64,000 bases of DNA from the human T2T-CHM13v2.0 reference genome, Homo sapiens. How positions within the stretch are numbered: the stretch's first letter is position 1; each line of letters begins with the position of its first letter. The translations under genes were made by a program, and so were the position numbers. Below, piece after piece: positions 1 to 17,717 of the stretch. The stretch lies in assembly GCF_009914755.1 (NCBI RefSeq), contig NC_060928.1; one strand, 5' to 3'. Under the pieces are notes generated by a model. It ran no database searches, had not been told where the DNA came from, and was given only the letters and a program-made list of their open reading frames with translations.

Positions 1-1489
<1,489 letters not shown>

Positions 1490-2559
1490 GAACATATTTT
1501 CAAGTATCTTCCAATTCTAACATTTGATGAGTCCGTGACTATATTCCTATATAAATTACCTAACTTATTTCTCAATGATTTATCGTACCTGAATATTTTA
1601 TGTTTTATTTTGTTTCTTTAAATTTTATGATACATTTGACTGATTACATCTTTTTTATCCATTTTAAATACCATTTTTATTATTGTTATTTGATTTTCTG
1701 TGGCGAGCAAATGAAAAGGAAGGCTTACAAGAATATATTTTTCCTTCTATATAACCCTATTAAGTATGAGGTTTATCTTCTTTCATTCCCTCACCTCCTG
1801 TGTGGTTAAGCGATTGGAGGGAAGAATGTGGAACAAAAAATACACCTAGTTCATTGTCCCTACACAGAACTCTTTAAAAGACTACTTTGAGAGAACAGCT
1901 TAGATTAACTGGTTTTTCTTGTGGTTGCTCTGTTTTATTTTGTTTAAATTTACATTTTGATCTGCCTGTAACATCTTATAATTTATAAAAAACAACAAAT
2001 TCTTCAGGATTCCTTCAGGAGATCAATGTATTTTCAGTAAGTGTATATAAGAACTCTGATAAAATTTTAAACCGTTTTAGGGTGCCAATTATTTTTCTGG
2101 GAAAAATATGTTAAATTCGAAAATTTGAAATGCTATTGTTCCTAGAAAATATGTGTAAGGATAACTTTCCATGCACAATGAGTTTACCTTTAGTATAATG
2201 TATTGAATTGTTTCATTAGTTGTGAAAATGTTTTCACATTAATTAACTCTTATTTCTGCAATTTTGGTTGGTAATATCAAAGTAATCAATATTACTTTAT
2301 TGATTAATCTTAGTCAACTTGTTAATGGATTACTTTTTTTTAGAAATAGCTGTATGGTTAAATTGTTTTGAATTTAGTCCCTATCTGTCTACAGTGGTTG
2401 AGTGTGTATTTATTAAATTTTTATTAAAAGATTTAATAAATTTTTTACTGATATAAATATTCTTGTTTATTTCACTTTGTATTGTTAAAATAAACTGATT
2501 CTATACAGTTTATAGAATCATCTGAGGAAAGAAAATAATGCACCATGTAGATAGTCATG

Positions 2560-2586
2560 AGCCATAATTGTATGTATAGCATATGC

Positions 2587-2624
<38 letters not shown>

Positions 2625-2971
2625 AGATTCTTTTAAGGAGCTAGCTCATCATATTCTAGGGCTGGAAAATTCAAAATCTCCAGGTCAGACTGCCATGCTG
2701 GAGACCCAGGGCAATTTAGAATCAAAATACAGTCATGCGGCAGAATTTCTTTTTCCTCAAGAGGCCTAAATCTTTTCTCTTAAGGCCTTCACTTGATTGA
2801 ATGAGACCTATCCACACTATAGAGGACCATCTGCTTTATACAAAGTTTGCTAATTTAAATGTTAATCATATCTTAAAAATACCTTCACAGCAATGTCTAG
2901 ATTGGCATTTGAATAAAAGCTTGGCATTATACATATCCTAGCCAAGTTGACACATAAAATTAGCCATCATG
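2560..2971 (-). mobile_element. ERVL LTR, MLT2 family (C/D-like), with internal (GA)n
   Basis: Ends in gccaagttgacacataaaattagccatca, the reverse complement of the MLT2 start. (GA)n at ~2593-2620. Confidence 0.75.
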
Positions 2972-3059
2972 CACAAGAAAGACAAATCTAATTAAGAAAA
3001 ATTTCTAATCAATTTAACCAAATAATATTTTAACATTCTCTAATTACTTTATATGGTAG

Positions 3060-3845
3060 AATAGAATGACATAATTTAGGCTTAATGAAATATAGGCTTG
3101 AAATTAAAGAAGAAATAAATATTACATAATACTAAGCAAAGAGCTGGGGAAGATATTAATATTGGACAAAATACACTTTAAAGCAAAAATTGTTACAAAA
3201 GGCAAAAAGAACAATATATATTGAAAAAAGTGTCAACTGTCAATTCATAAACATCACATAACAAGTATAAACATACATGCATCAAACAATAGAACCCCAA
3301 AGTATATGAAGCAATAATTGACAGAATTCTAAAAAGAAATACATAGTTTTGCAATAACATTTGAAGACTTTAATACCTCACTTTAAATAGTGATTATAGC
3401 ACCAAGGATGAAGCTCATTACAAAAATGGAGCACCTGAATAACATTATAAAACAACTAGACCTTACAGGTCTATACAGAACTCTCTGTCTACCTAAGAAT
3501 AGCAGAATGTGAGAATTCTTCTTCAGTGCACATGGAACATTCCGAGATAGCCCATGTATTAGGAAAAAAATATGTTCTCAATACATTTAAACATATTAAA
3601 ATTATACAAAAGTTCTTATCTGACCACAATTCAATGTCAAAGGAATGATGTAATGAAAACTAAAAACTCAACAAATCCCTGCAAGATAAACAACACATCC
3701 TTAAACCACCAATTGATCCAATTAAAAATTTACAAGAGAAAGTAGAAAATACTTTGAGATGAATGAAAACATGAAGCCAGCATTCAAAAACTGTGAAGTA
3801 AAGCCAAAGCAGGATCACATAGAATTTTATAGCTGCATATACCTA
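3060..3845 (+). mobile_element. Old L1M ORF2 endonuclease-region fragment
   Basis: Degenerate L1 EN motifs (gacaaaatacactttaaagc; ttcagtgcacatggaacattc; tctgaccacaat). Confidence 0.8.
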
Positions 3846-3859
3846 CCAAAATTGTGAGT

Positions 3860-6800
3860 CACAAGCCCTGAAACAGAAAAACAGATCATGTTTCTGCTTA
3901 TTTAGGATAAGGAGCCAATGCACAGTCCTCTTACCTCTTCCACCTCAGAGACCTCAGTGCAGTTCACAAGGAGCTCCTTTTAACCACCCTCATCAGGACT
4001 AGTGCCTGTGTTCAGCACTGGGATATTCATGGGCAAACCAGGGGGGTCTTCAGCTCTGCCCAACTGTGTCCTGCTAACCCTGAAAAAGAAGCTCAAGACA
4101 CTGGGCATCCAACTATCCAGCCCTTCACCTGAGAAAACAGAGAGCACCTCATAATAAATAAAGATTAAGTCTATGCCCATCTGCTTCTGTGGCAACTGGA
4201 TTTCACCTGAAAACACTATCTACTGGTCAGTAGGTCAATGTCCACAGCCCACTAGAAAACCCACTGGCAGAAGTGCATAGGACTATAGAGTAAAACCAAA
4301 AGATCCTACCCAACACAACCCTCTCCAGATAAGAAGGAACCAGTGTAAAAATTTTGTCACAATAAAGAATCTTAATTTGTGATACCACCAAAGGCTCATT
4401 GTAGCTCTCCAGCAATAGTCCCTAGTAAAAATGGAGGCACTGAGATAACAGATGAAGAATTCAAAGCATGGATTGCAGTGAAACTCAATGAGATCCAAGA
4501 TAATACTGAAAATCAACACAAAGAAACCTGTAAAACAATATAGTAAATAAGGGAAAAGGTAAATATTTTAAAAAGAAACTAATCTGAGCTACTGGAATTA
4601 AAAAACTCATGTAAGGAATTTCAAAATGCAATTGAAAGCTTTATCAATACACTAGACTCGACAGAATAAAGAATTTCAGAGCTTAGAGATTAGGTTTCAA
4701 ATTAACCAAGGCAAACCAACATGAAAAAAATTAAAGAATCTTAAAAAATGAACAAAGTTTCTGAGAAATATAGAACTGTGTAAAGCTACCAATCCTACTA
4801 ATTTTTAGCATTCCTGAAAGAGACGGAGAAAAAGTTAATTATCTGTAAAACATACTAGAGGAAATTTTTTTTTAATTTCCTAATGTTGCAAGAGGAGTAG
4901 GCACCTAGTTACAAGAAATCTGGAGAACACCTCACAGACACTATACAAAATGAACATCACCAAGGTATATAATCACCAGACTGTCTAAGATTAATGCTAA
5001 AGAAAAATACCTTAAATGCAGATAGATAAAAATGTCAGATCACATACAAAAAGATCTCCACTAGACTAACAGCAGACTTCTCAGCAGACCTACCAGTCGT
5101 AAGAGACTTGGGGCCTATTTTCAGCAAGGTAAAAGAATGATGCTCCAACCAACAATAGACTTTAAACCAACAACAGTACAAAAGGACAAAATGCTACTAC
5201 ATAATGATGAAGCAGCCTCGTTGTCTGGGGTAAATACCAAGGTTCTTGGTCTCATGTCCAAGAAGATTGAGGTCATGGACTCACACACACAATTACACAC
5301 AGAGTGAGTTTAGAGCAGGAATTTAATAGGCAAAAAAAAAAAAAAAAAAAAAAAGAAAGAAAAAGAAGAGCTCTCCATCACAAAGTGGAGTCCTGAGTGG
5401 GTTTCCAAGTTGTAGTAAAAACGTCTGGGTTTTTATAAATGGGTGAGGAGGAGGCTAGTGAGGAGGGGATGTCACATCCTCCTAGGGTCCAATGATTTAG
5501 TTGGGACCAGTTGTGCTGTCTGTATAGAGTAGAGGTTTTATGGATATTTTAGTCTGTGTTGCTTATCTGGGAGGGAGAGTTTCTGTGTCTATTTCCAGAC
5601 ATCTTCTCGCAGGTGCAGGAATCCCTGCCCTCAACCCCAATTCTACTTTTAGCTTTCCTATCTTAGCGCCCCTAAAGGGGAAGGAATGTGTTTATTAAGG
5701 CCCACTGTTTTCCTGGGGCCCATTGTATAAGTGTGAAATTTGGTGATTACCCAGGAGACTCCTCCTTCTCTTTCTGTGTCCGAGCTGTTTATCTGTGATT
5801 TACAGTCTGCTCTTTGTTAGAACAGAAGTGATCTCTTTGAACTGCATGAGGTTAGAATGGGAGATATATCTGAGCTGCTTTTTGTTCAAAAGAAAGTTTT
5901 CTGCTGGGGACTCTTTACCCTAACTGTCTGCCTAAGTAATTTCTTTCTGCTTCTTATAATAATGATAAAGTGTTCAGTACTACAAGATGACTTAACTATT
6001 CTCAATATATATGCACCAAACATTGGAGTACCTAGAGAGTCATACAAGAAATACTTCTAGACCTGTGAAAAAATTTACAAAGATACACAATAATAGATAA
6101 TATGGCAGAACACTAACAGCACTAACTAAAAAAAAAATTCTGGACTTAAATTTGGCCCTTGATCAACTGTATCTAATAGACATCTACAGAACAGTCCATT
6201 CATTAACCATAGGATATATATTTTTCTTATCTGCACATATAACACTCTAAGATCAAGCACATTCTTCATCATAAGGCAATACTCAATAAATGCAAAAAAT
6301 CAAGGTTATAACACCATACTTTCAACCACAGTAGAATAAAATTACAAATGAATACCAAGAAGATCCCTGAAAACCACACAATTACATAGAAATTAAACAA
6401 GTTGCTCCTGACCTATTTTTACATACAAAATAAATTTAGGGAATAAATTAAAATATTCTCAGAGTAAATAAAAACACAGACAAAACAAACTCAGATCTCT
6501 AAGATACAGCCAAAGCAATATTAAGAGAAAAGTTTATAACAAGAAATGCCTATATAAAGAAGGTAGAAAGACCTCAAATTAATGACCTAACATTGCATCT
6601 AGAGGAACTAGAAAAACAAAAACAAACTTACTCCAAAGCTAGCAGACAAAAAACAAGAGCAAAAAATAGAACAGAACTGAGTGAAACTGATATGTAAATA
6701 TCTATAAACAGAATCAACAAAAGTTAAAGCTCATTCTCTGAAAGAAACAAAAAGATTGTGAGACAACTGCTAAGTTAACTTGAAAAAAAAGAGAAGATTC

Positions 6801-8040
6801 AAATAAGCACAATTAGAAACAATAAAGGTGATATTACAGCCAATCACATATAAATACAAAAGATATTTAGAGACTATTTTGAATATAGTTGTTTTACACA
6901 TAGTTAGAAAAATACTATTCTAAAATTAATATGGAACCAAAAAAGGGCCCAGATAGCCAAAGTATCAGTAAGCAAATGAACAAAGCTGGAGGCACCAGGT
7001 TACCTGTCTTCAAATTATACTACAAAGTTACAATAACCAAAACAGTATGAGACTGGTAAAAGCACAGACATAGACAAATGGAACAGAATAGAGAACTCAG
7101 AAATAAAGCCACATACCTACAACCATCTGATCTTCAACAAAATCAACAAAAAATAAGAAATGGGGAAAGGACCGCCTATTCAATAAAGAGTGCTGGGATA
7201 ACTTAATATCTATATGCAAAAGAATGGAAGTAGACCCCTATCTATCACTATACACAAAAATTAACTCAATATAGATTAAAGATTCGATTGTATAAACTCA
7301 AACTCTAAAATCCTAGAAGAAAACCTAGGAAATACCTTTCTCAATATAGGCCTTGACAAGGAATTTATGTCTAATATCTCAGAAGCAATTGCAGCAAAAC
7401 AAAAATTGGTTAAGTTTGACCTAATTAAACTGAAGAACTTTTGTATAGCCAGGAAAATTATCAAGGGAGTAAACAGACTCTTTACAGAATGGGGCAAAAA
7501 TATTCACAAACTATGCATCTGAGCAAGGCCTAATACACAGAGTCTATAAGGAACTCACTCAACAAGCAAAAAATAAATAAATAAATAACCCTATTAAATT
7601 GTGGGCAAAACACAGACACTTCTCTAAAGAAGACACACAAGTTACCAACAAACATAAAAAAAGTGTTCAACATCACTAATCATCACAGAAATGCAAATCA
7701 AAACCACAGTAAGATAATATTTCACATGAATCAGAATGGCTTCTCTTAAAAAATAAATAACAGATGTTCACCAGGCTGCAGAGAATAGGGGACACATGTA
7801 CAGGTGGTGGATTGTACATTCTTTCAGCCACTTTGGAGAGAAGTTTGTAGATTTTGCAAAGAACCAAAAGTTGAACTACAACTCAACCCAATAATCCAAT
7901 TACTGAATATATATCCGAGGAAAACGCATTCATATACCAAAAAGACATACACTCTTATGTTCATTGAAACACTATTCACAATGGTAAATACATGGAATCA
8001 ACCTAGGAGCACATTAACAGCAGATAGAATAAAGAAAATA
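3860..8040 (+). mobile_element. L1PB/old-L1PA element (5'UTR end, ORF1, ORF2) with two internal deletions and a nested LTR
   Basis: ORF1-like 4330-5140, EN 5155-6900 and ORF2 C-terminus 6905-8040 (atggaaccaaaaaagggcc; gaaatgcaaatcaaaaccaca). Confidence 0.88.
5208..5961 (-). mobile_element. ERV1-class solo LTR (LTR9/LTR25/MER4-group-like) inserted in L1 ORF2
   Basis: Interrupts the L1 sequence 'cataatga|taaag' with a 4-bp TSD atga (5204-5207, 5962-5965). The reverse complement starts ...agaaagaaattacttaggcagacagttagggt. Confidence 0.8.
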
Positions 8041-8089
8041 CTAAAAATTAGAGACTAAAATTGTTTTTGTAAAATTATGAATTTCTCTT

Positions 8090-11000
8090 CATTTTTTTTC
8101 TTATTTTTAATTTTTATGGGGACAAAGCAGGTGGTATATATTTATGGGGTATATGAAACATTTTGATACTGTCATGCAATGCATAATAATCACATAATGG
8201 TAGATGAAATATCCATGTCCACAAGCATTTATTCTTTGTGTTACAATCAAATTATACTTTTAGTTATTTTAAGATATACAGTATATTATTGACTATAGTC
8301 ACTGTGCTGTGCTATCAAATACTAGGTCTCATTCATGTATTCTAACTGTTATTGGTACACATTAACTATCCCCACCTCCTTCTCATTCCCATCCCGTTAC
8401 CCTTCCCAGCTTTTTATTACAAACTTTTGACTCTGTCTCCATGGGCTCAATATGAGGGGGGGTCTCCTCCCTTAATTGTATTGGAGTCTATTTCTCTCTT
8501 TAATTCAAATAGTGTTTGTTTTATATATCTGAGTGCTCTAGTGTTGGGTGCATATATATTTAAAAATTTTATATCATCTTTCTGACTTGACCCCTTTATT
8601 ATTATATAGTGATATTTTTTATCTCTTCTTACAGTATTTGTCCTGAAATTTATTTTGTTTGCTATAAATATAACAACTTGTATTCTTTTTTGGTTTCCAT
8701 CGACATGGAATATATTTTTCCTTCCCTTTGTTTAAGTTCATGTGTGTCTTTACAAGTGAAGTGTTCTTCTTATTGACAACAAGTTAATGAGTCTTGTTTT
8801 TCATCCATTCAGCCACTATATGTCTTCTGATTGGAGAGTTTAATCCATTTACATTGAGTGTTATTATTGATGAGTAAGAACTTACTACTGCCATTTTGCT
8901 ATTCATTTTCTGTTTTTTTGTGGTGTTCTATTTCTTCTTTATTTTATTACTGTCTTCCTCTTAGTGAAGATTGTTTTCTCTGGTGATGTAATTTAGTTTC
9001 TTGCTTTTTATTTTTGTGTACCCATTGTATTTATATGTTTGTTTGTTTTATGTTACCAAAAAGCTTGCAAATAATACATTATCATTCATTATTTTTAACT
9101 GATAACAACAGTTTCCATAAACAAACAAGCCAAAAAAATTAATACTAACTCTATGTCATAACTTCATCCTCCTGCTTTTTCTTGTTTCTTTACAAATCTT
9201 GTTATATTACATCTTGAAGAGCAGTTATAGCTATTTTTAATTGTATCATTTTTTGGTCTTTCATCTTTCTACTTAAGACTAGTTTACACACCAGAGTTAC
9301 AGTGTTATAATAATCTGTTTTTCCGTGTACTTACCATATTCAGTGAGTTTCATACCTTCAGATGATTTCTTATTGCTTATTAATGTTCTTTTCTTTCTGA
9401 TTGAAGTATTTCTTTACGATTTCTAGTAGGACAGGTCTGGTGTTAATACAATTCCTCACCTTTTGTATGTCTAAGAAAGCCTTTATTTCTTCTTCATGTT
9501 TTAAGGATAATTTCTCCAGATATATTATTCTAGGGTAAAATATTTATTTTGTTTTGTTTGGTTTTGCTTTTCTTCAGCATTTTAAATATGTCATGCCACT
9601 TTCTCCTGGCCTATAAGGTTTTCACTGAAAATTCTGCTGCTAGAGGTATTGGTGCTCTATTGTGTGCTATTTGTTTCTTTTCTCTTGATGCTTTTAGGAT
9701 CCTTTATCCTTGACCTATGAGAGTTTTATTATTAAATGCCCTGTGGGAGTCTGATTTGAGTTAAATCTGCTTTATGTTCTATAACCTTCTTGTATTTGGA
9801 TGTGGATATTTTTCCCTAAATTTGGGAAGTTCTCTGTTATTTTCTCTTTGAATAAACTTTCCACCATTATCTTTTTCTCTATCTCCTCTTTAAGGCCAAT
9901 AACTCTTAGATTTGCCCTTTAGAGGCTCTTTTCTGGATCCTCTAGGCACCCTTCATTGTTTTTTTTCTTTTGTCTTCTCTGTGTATTTTCAAATAGCCTC
10001 TTTTTAATCTCACTAATTCTTACTTTTTCTTGATCACGTTTTCTATTAAAATACTCTGATGCATTTTTGTCACTTGCATTTTGAAGCTACAGAATTTCTT
10101 TTTAATTTTTAAGTATTTCATCACTTTATTAATTTTTTTCTCTCTATTACCTTTACTTTCTTACAGTTTCCTCAACATGACTATTTCAAATTCTCTGTCT
10201 GAAAGGTCACATATGTCTGTTTCTCCACGATTGGTCCCTAGTGCCTTATTTAGTTCACTTGGTTAGGTCATGTATTCCTGTCTTCTCTTGATACTTGTAG
10301 ATATTTTTCTGTCTGTGTATTAAAGTAAGATATTTATTGTTGTCTTCTCAGTTTGGGCTTCTTTCTACTCCCTTCTTCTTTGAAAGACTTTCCAGATATT
10401 TGCAAAAACTTGAATGTTGTGATCTAAGCTCTATCTGCTTTACTATGGACCCCAAGCCCAGTAACGCTATGGTTCTTGCAGAGTCACAGAGGTACTGACT
10501 TGATGGTCTTGGACAAGATCCAGAAAAATTTCCTGGATTAGCAGGGAGAGACTGTTTTTCTGTTCTTTTATTTTCTTCCAAATGATCAGAGTCTCTTTTT
10601 ATGTTCTGAGCTACTGGGAGCTTGGGGTGGAGTGACATAAGCACCTGTGTGGCCACTGTCCTATGACTAGGCTGGTTCTTGCTCAAGGTCTGCTGTAACC
10701 ATTCCTTTGCTATTGCCTACATTTGCTCAAAATTCTGGGGATCTGCAGTCAGCAGCTGGCAAAGCTGTTCCGGCCTATATCCTTCCCTTCATGGTGACGA
10801 GATATTCCAGGCCCCAAGCAGGTTCAAAATCCTTAGAAGTCTACCTGGTGTTTTATTGTGCTGTGGCTAAGCTGGCACTCAACCCACAAGACACAGTCCC
10901 TCTCATTCTTCTCTCCCCTTTCCAAAGGCAGAGAAGCCTCATCCTCTGGTCACCTTCACCTTAGCCCATGGGGAGTACTGCCAGACTGCCATCGATGTTC

Positions 11001-12265
11001 TCTTAAGGCTCAAAGTCTCTTCAATCAGCTTGTGCATGAATGCTGCCTGGCCTTGGACTCACCTCTCAGGTCAGTTGGCTCCTCTCTGGCCCAGGGTACA
11101 TCTGGAAATTCCACCCAATAGTCCAGTCCTGGAATAAGCCACCCCAAGGCCCCACTGGGGGCTCTAACATATTTTGACAGAGCTGGCACCAAAGGTGAAA
11201 GACAAAGTCTCCTATACTTTTTCCTTTACTTTTCTGAGGCAAAAAGAGTCTCTCCCCATAGCCACCACAGCTGGAAATGTGCTGAGTTTAACCTGAGCCC
11301 TGCAAGTCTCAGCATCTCACCCAATCTCCTCAGTGTAGTACCTGGGTGTTCCTACTGGATATTTAGGGCCCAAGGGCCCTTCAGTTAGCAGGTGATAAGT
11401 TTTGCCAGGTGTGGTTTCTTTCTTTCAAGGTAGCAGGTTTCCTTCTAGACTAAGGTGTATCTAGAAATGTCCAGGAACTAGAGCCTGAAAAGAGAGCCTC
11501 ATGACTCTGACCAGTGCCTCATCCTACTGTGGCTGAGCTCGTATCCAAGACATAACACAAATCCTTCCCGTTCTTTCCTCTCCTCTCCACAAGCAGAATG
11601 AAGGGGTCTCCTTTGGAGCCACAAGCTGTGCAACCTGGGTTTAGCGGAGGAGTGATTCCAGTACTCCCTTAGCTACGTTAGCTGATATCTCAGTAGGTCA
11701 CCTGCCCTCTAGCCTACTGTCTCTGGGCCCAGTTCAGCCCTAGGACTTGTCAAGGTGTTATGGTTCTCACTGTCTAGACTGCCTTTCAAGTTTTTCTGAG
11801 ATCGCAGAGCACTTTAGACTGTGGTGGCAAGGCTTGTGGGAACTCAAGTTTTGACTGCTGGGATTGGCTATTCTCCCATTGCTAGGACTGGTTTAAATAT
11901 TCCCTTTGTGGGAGAGCATCAGGTAAGTTTGGTCTGGTTTTGCTTTCTGCTATAACAGGGGCAGCACTGAGCTGAGTTCAATGCCTCAATATTGCTGGCT
12001 CCATCTATCACCAAGGCACAGAAATGCTCTTCACACCATGCCACTGCTGTTGGGGATGGGGGAGCAGTGGCTTTGCTGAATGAAAATGTTCTTTCCTATC
12101 ACTTCATTGCCTCTTTTAGTGATATAAAGTTAAAATCAGTTACTGTGAGTGCTCCCCTAATTTTTGGTTCTTATGAAGGTGCTTTTTTGGCGTCAATAGT
12201 TGGTAAATTAGTGTCTTTCCTGGGGGCAAGATCAGTGGAACCTATTACACCATCTTCCTCTACCT
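8090..12265 (-). mobile_element. L1MA-type element: 3'UTR joined to EN, then inter-ORF, ORF1 and long 5'UTR (most of ORF2 missing)
   Basis: L1MA 3' end at 8090-8450; EN antisense from ~8460 (tgttgggtgcatatatattt); ORF1 ~9430-10300; GC-richer 5'UTR ending in ...ccatcttc at ~12257. Confidence 0.82.
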
Positions 12266-12539
12266 ACTCTTAAATTCCACATTTCTTTAAAATGGTTTTT
12301 ATATTCAATGGATCAGAGAAGAGATAATTTATGTGTCATTAAATCATGTACATACACCGTAGTAAAATACCCAAAAGCTTAAGAAGATACATAATAATGG
12401 GAAAATTACTTTTGATTTAGGTACTTTATTCCATTTTCTCAAAAACATCCTATTAAGTGTATTACAATAAAAATGAATATGATGAATTCACCAAATCTTG
12501 AATATAAAATTATTTATACTAAGTTAATTTTAACCCTAA

Positions 12540-14803
<2,264 letters not shown>

Positions 14804-15006
14804 TAAATTTTTTTTATAATTTATAATAATGTTAATAATATTCATATTATTAATGATAATGTATTTTATAATAAGTAAATTATTTAAAATGTGTCAGGCA
14901 TTTTTAGCACACAATGTAATTTTCTCCCTTAGTCTCATTTTAAAAATTCATATTTGCAATAGATTCAAGTTAAGGAGAAAATTTTCATCTGTCTTAGCCT
15001 TGTCAT

Positions 15007-15128
15007 TTTTTTTATAGATAGGGTCTTGTTACATTGCCCAGGCTGGTCTCGAACTCCTTGGCTCAAATTATCCTTCCACCTAAGCTTCCTGAGTAGCTGG
15101 GACTTTACTGCATACCACGGTGTCCAGC
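15007..15128 (-). mobile_element. Alu monomer (FLAM-like)
   Basis: Single arm; gccttgtcatttt repeated on both flanks as a TSD. Confidence 0.85.
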
Positions 15129-17717
15129 TTCCTTTGGCCTTGTCATTTTATTTTTCCATTTGGTTGAATCAAATTATTATTCAACAAAATAGTTAAATAA
15201 TAATTCAGCTCTAATTTGTGACCTTCAGTGTACAAAATGTTTATCTTAGCTCTAGCCAGAACACCAGGAAACAGCCATATCATAGAGGATTTGGGAGATC
15301 AATCAGAGATGCAGTGGCTTTCTGTGAGACACAAATTGTCACTTTTGAAGGAAGGTTCTTATGCTAAGGCAATTCTGAAATCTTTAGTGTTTTAATGATA
15401 TTCCATCTCCTACAATTTATTATGAAATTATATGAGAAAAATACACTAAAAAAAGTGAGTCACTCGCTTATATCATGGACTTATGAATTAATTTTTAAAA
15501 GTTAACACCCTTTAAACTTTTACAGTTATTGCTTTTCTAGACATCTATTTCTTTTTAAAACTGCTTCATTTTTAAATATGGCAATTTGAAATAATATATT
15601 GTGCTCATTAATTACCTTGCTTTTAACCTACATGAGGAAGGCTTTAGAAATTTATATGCATTAGAGATAATTTATTTTCATGCTGCATCACTTCAAGAGA
15701 AAGTACCGAAATTATTTTAATATAATGTGAAATTTTATGCTTATGGGTTATGATGCAAATATATAAATGCTTATGTGGGCAAAATGATTATACACAATGT
15801 GTATTTTTTCTAATTTGAAAAAGACAAATATTATAAATTTCAAAAGAGAAAAATCATAAATTTGGTTTTATCTTTAACCAAACTTATTAGTTGCATATTT
15901 AGCAAAGATCAATTTTGATCAGAACTTATAAAAAGAAAATATATGCAATGAAGATATTACGCAAACACGTTTTCAAAATTTCCGTCTGAATATAATAGTA
16001 AAAATAACAGATAAATATATACTTTTCTTCATTCTATCCCCTAGGAATTTTATGTTCATTTCATTTATCATGCACACACAAACTCACTCACATACATACC
16101 CCAGGAAAAATCCTTTATCCTGATACCTTTTTTCACTTGCATTTAGTTTTCTTCATTTTATAAATTTAAAAAGTAGTTTTCTGATAAATGTCTTCACTAT
16201 GTTTTTGTGATACTAATTTGATAATTTTAGTAACTCCCTTTTTTAGAATGATTTAATTTTGGAAGACTGTATAAAAATGTTTATATGTGATGTAAGTGGG
16301 TTTTTATTTAATTTCTACTGTCTTTTAATTGTACTATGTATTTAGACTTCAAAATAGCATTGTAAGGTGTTTGGTCCATCACAAGTATACTAGATGGAAA
16401 TTGGGCATTGATGGCTTCATAACTTACTAATGCCTGAAAGAAATATATGTTCACTATTCTCAAATGAACCTGTTCTGTTAGGTATAGTTTGTGAAGTTGC
16501 ATGCTTAAGCCAATAATAGAAAACTTAAATATTGGTTATCACTTCAAATCTTAGGGAAGATAGTAACAAATATCATGGAGAGCTCTGATTATCTCCTTCT
16601 GCACTTGTGCTTTAGGATAGATGTCCTATCCATTCATATCATACTATGAAACATTAATTAGGTATATTCTGTGCTGGTTGAACTTTGTGTAGTTACACAA
16701 AGTATAATGTGTTCTCTAAAATAACAGCAAGATAATTGTCATTTTTGAAAAAATAACATCAAAATCTCCAATTTACAACCATGACTGGTATTATACCTTT
16801 TTAATATTCTGTTTAAAAACAAATAACTAGATGGATTCACAATTGAATTTTACCAGAGGTACAAAGAAGAGCTCCACCATTTCTACTGAAACTATTCCAA
16901 GTAATTGACACAAACAAATGAAAAACATTCCATGCTCATGGACAGGAAGAATCAATATTATAAAAATGGCCATAATGCCCAAAGTAATTTATAGATTCAA
17001 TGCTATTCTCATTAAACTACCATCAACATTCTTCACAGAATTAGGAAAAACTATTTTAAAATTAAAATGCAACAACAACAACAAAAGCCTGAGTAGCCAA
17101 AAAATTCTAAGCAAAATTAACAAAGCTGGAGGCATCATACTACCTGACTTCAAACTATACTACAAGGCTACAGTAGCCAAAACAGCATTGTACTGGTACA
17201 AGAACAGTCATATAGACAAATAGAACAGAATAGAGAACTCAGAAATAAGACTGCACACCTACAGCCTTCTGATAGTCTCCAAACCTGACAAAAACAAGCA
17301 ATGAGGAAACAACTCCCTGTTTAACAAATGGTGCTGGGAGTGCTGCTTAGACATATGCAGAAAACTGAAACTAGACTCCTTTCTTACACCATATACAAAA
17401 ATTAACTCAAGATAGATTAAAGACTTAAATGTAAAACTCAAAACTATAAAAACCCTAGAACAAAATTTAGGCAATACAATTCAGAACATAGGCATTGGCA
17501 AATATTACATGACAAAAATGTCAAAAGCAACAGCAACAAAAGCAAAAATTGACAAATAGGAAGTAATTAATCAAAAGAGCTTTTGCACAGCAAAATAAAC
17601 TATCATCTGGGTGAACAGACAACCTACCAATGGGATAACATTTTTGCAGTGTATTCATTTGACAGAGGTCTAATATCCAGTCTACAAGGAACTTAAACAA
17701 ATTTTCAAGAAAAAACA

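Noticed and set aside
5332-5368. Long A tract inside the ERV1 LTR as a retro-insertion
   Set aside because: No body or TSD; best explained as expansion of a native A-rich stretch.
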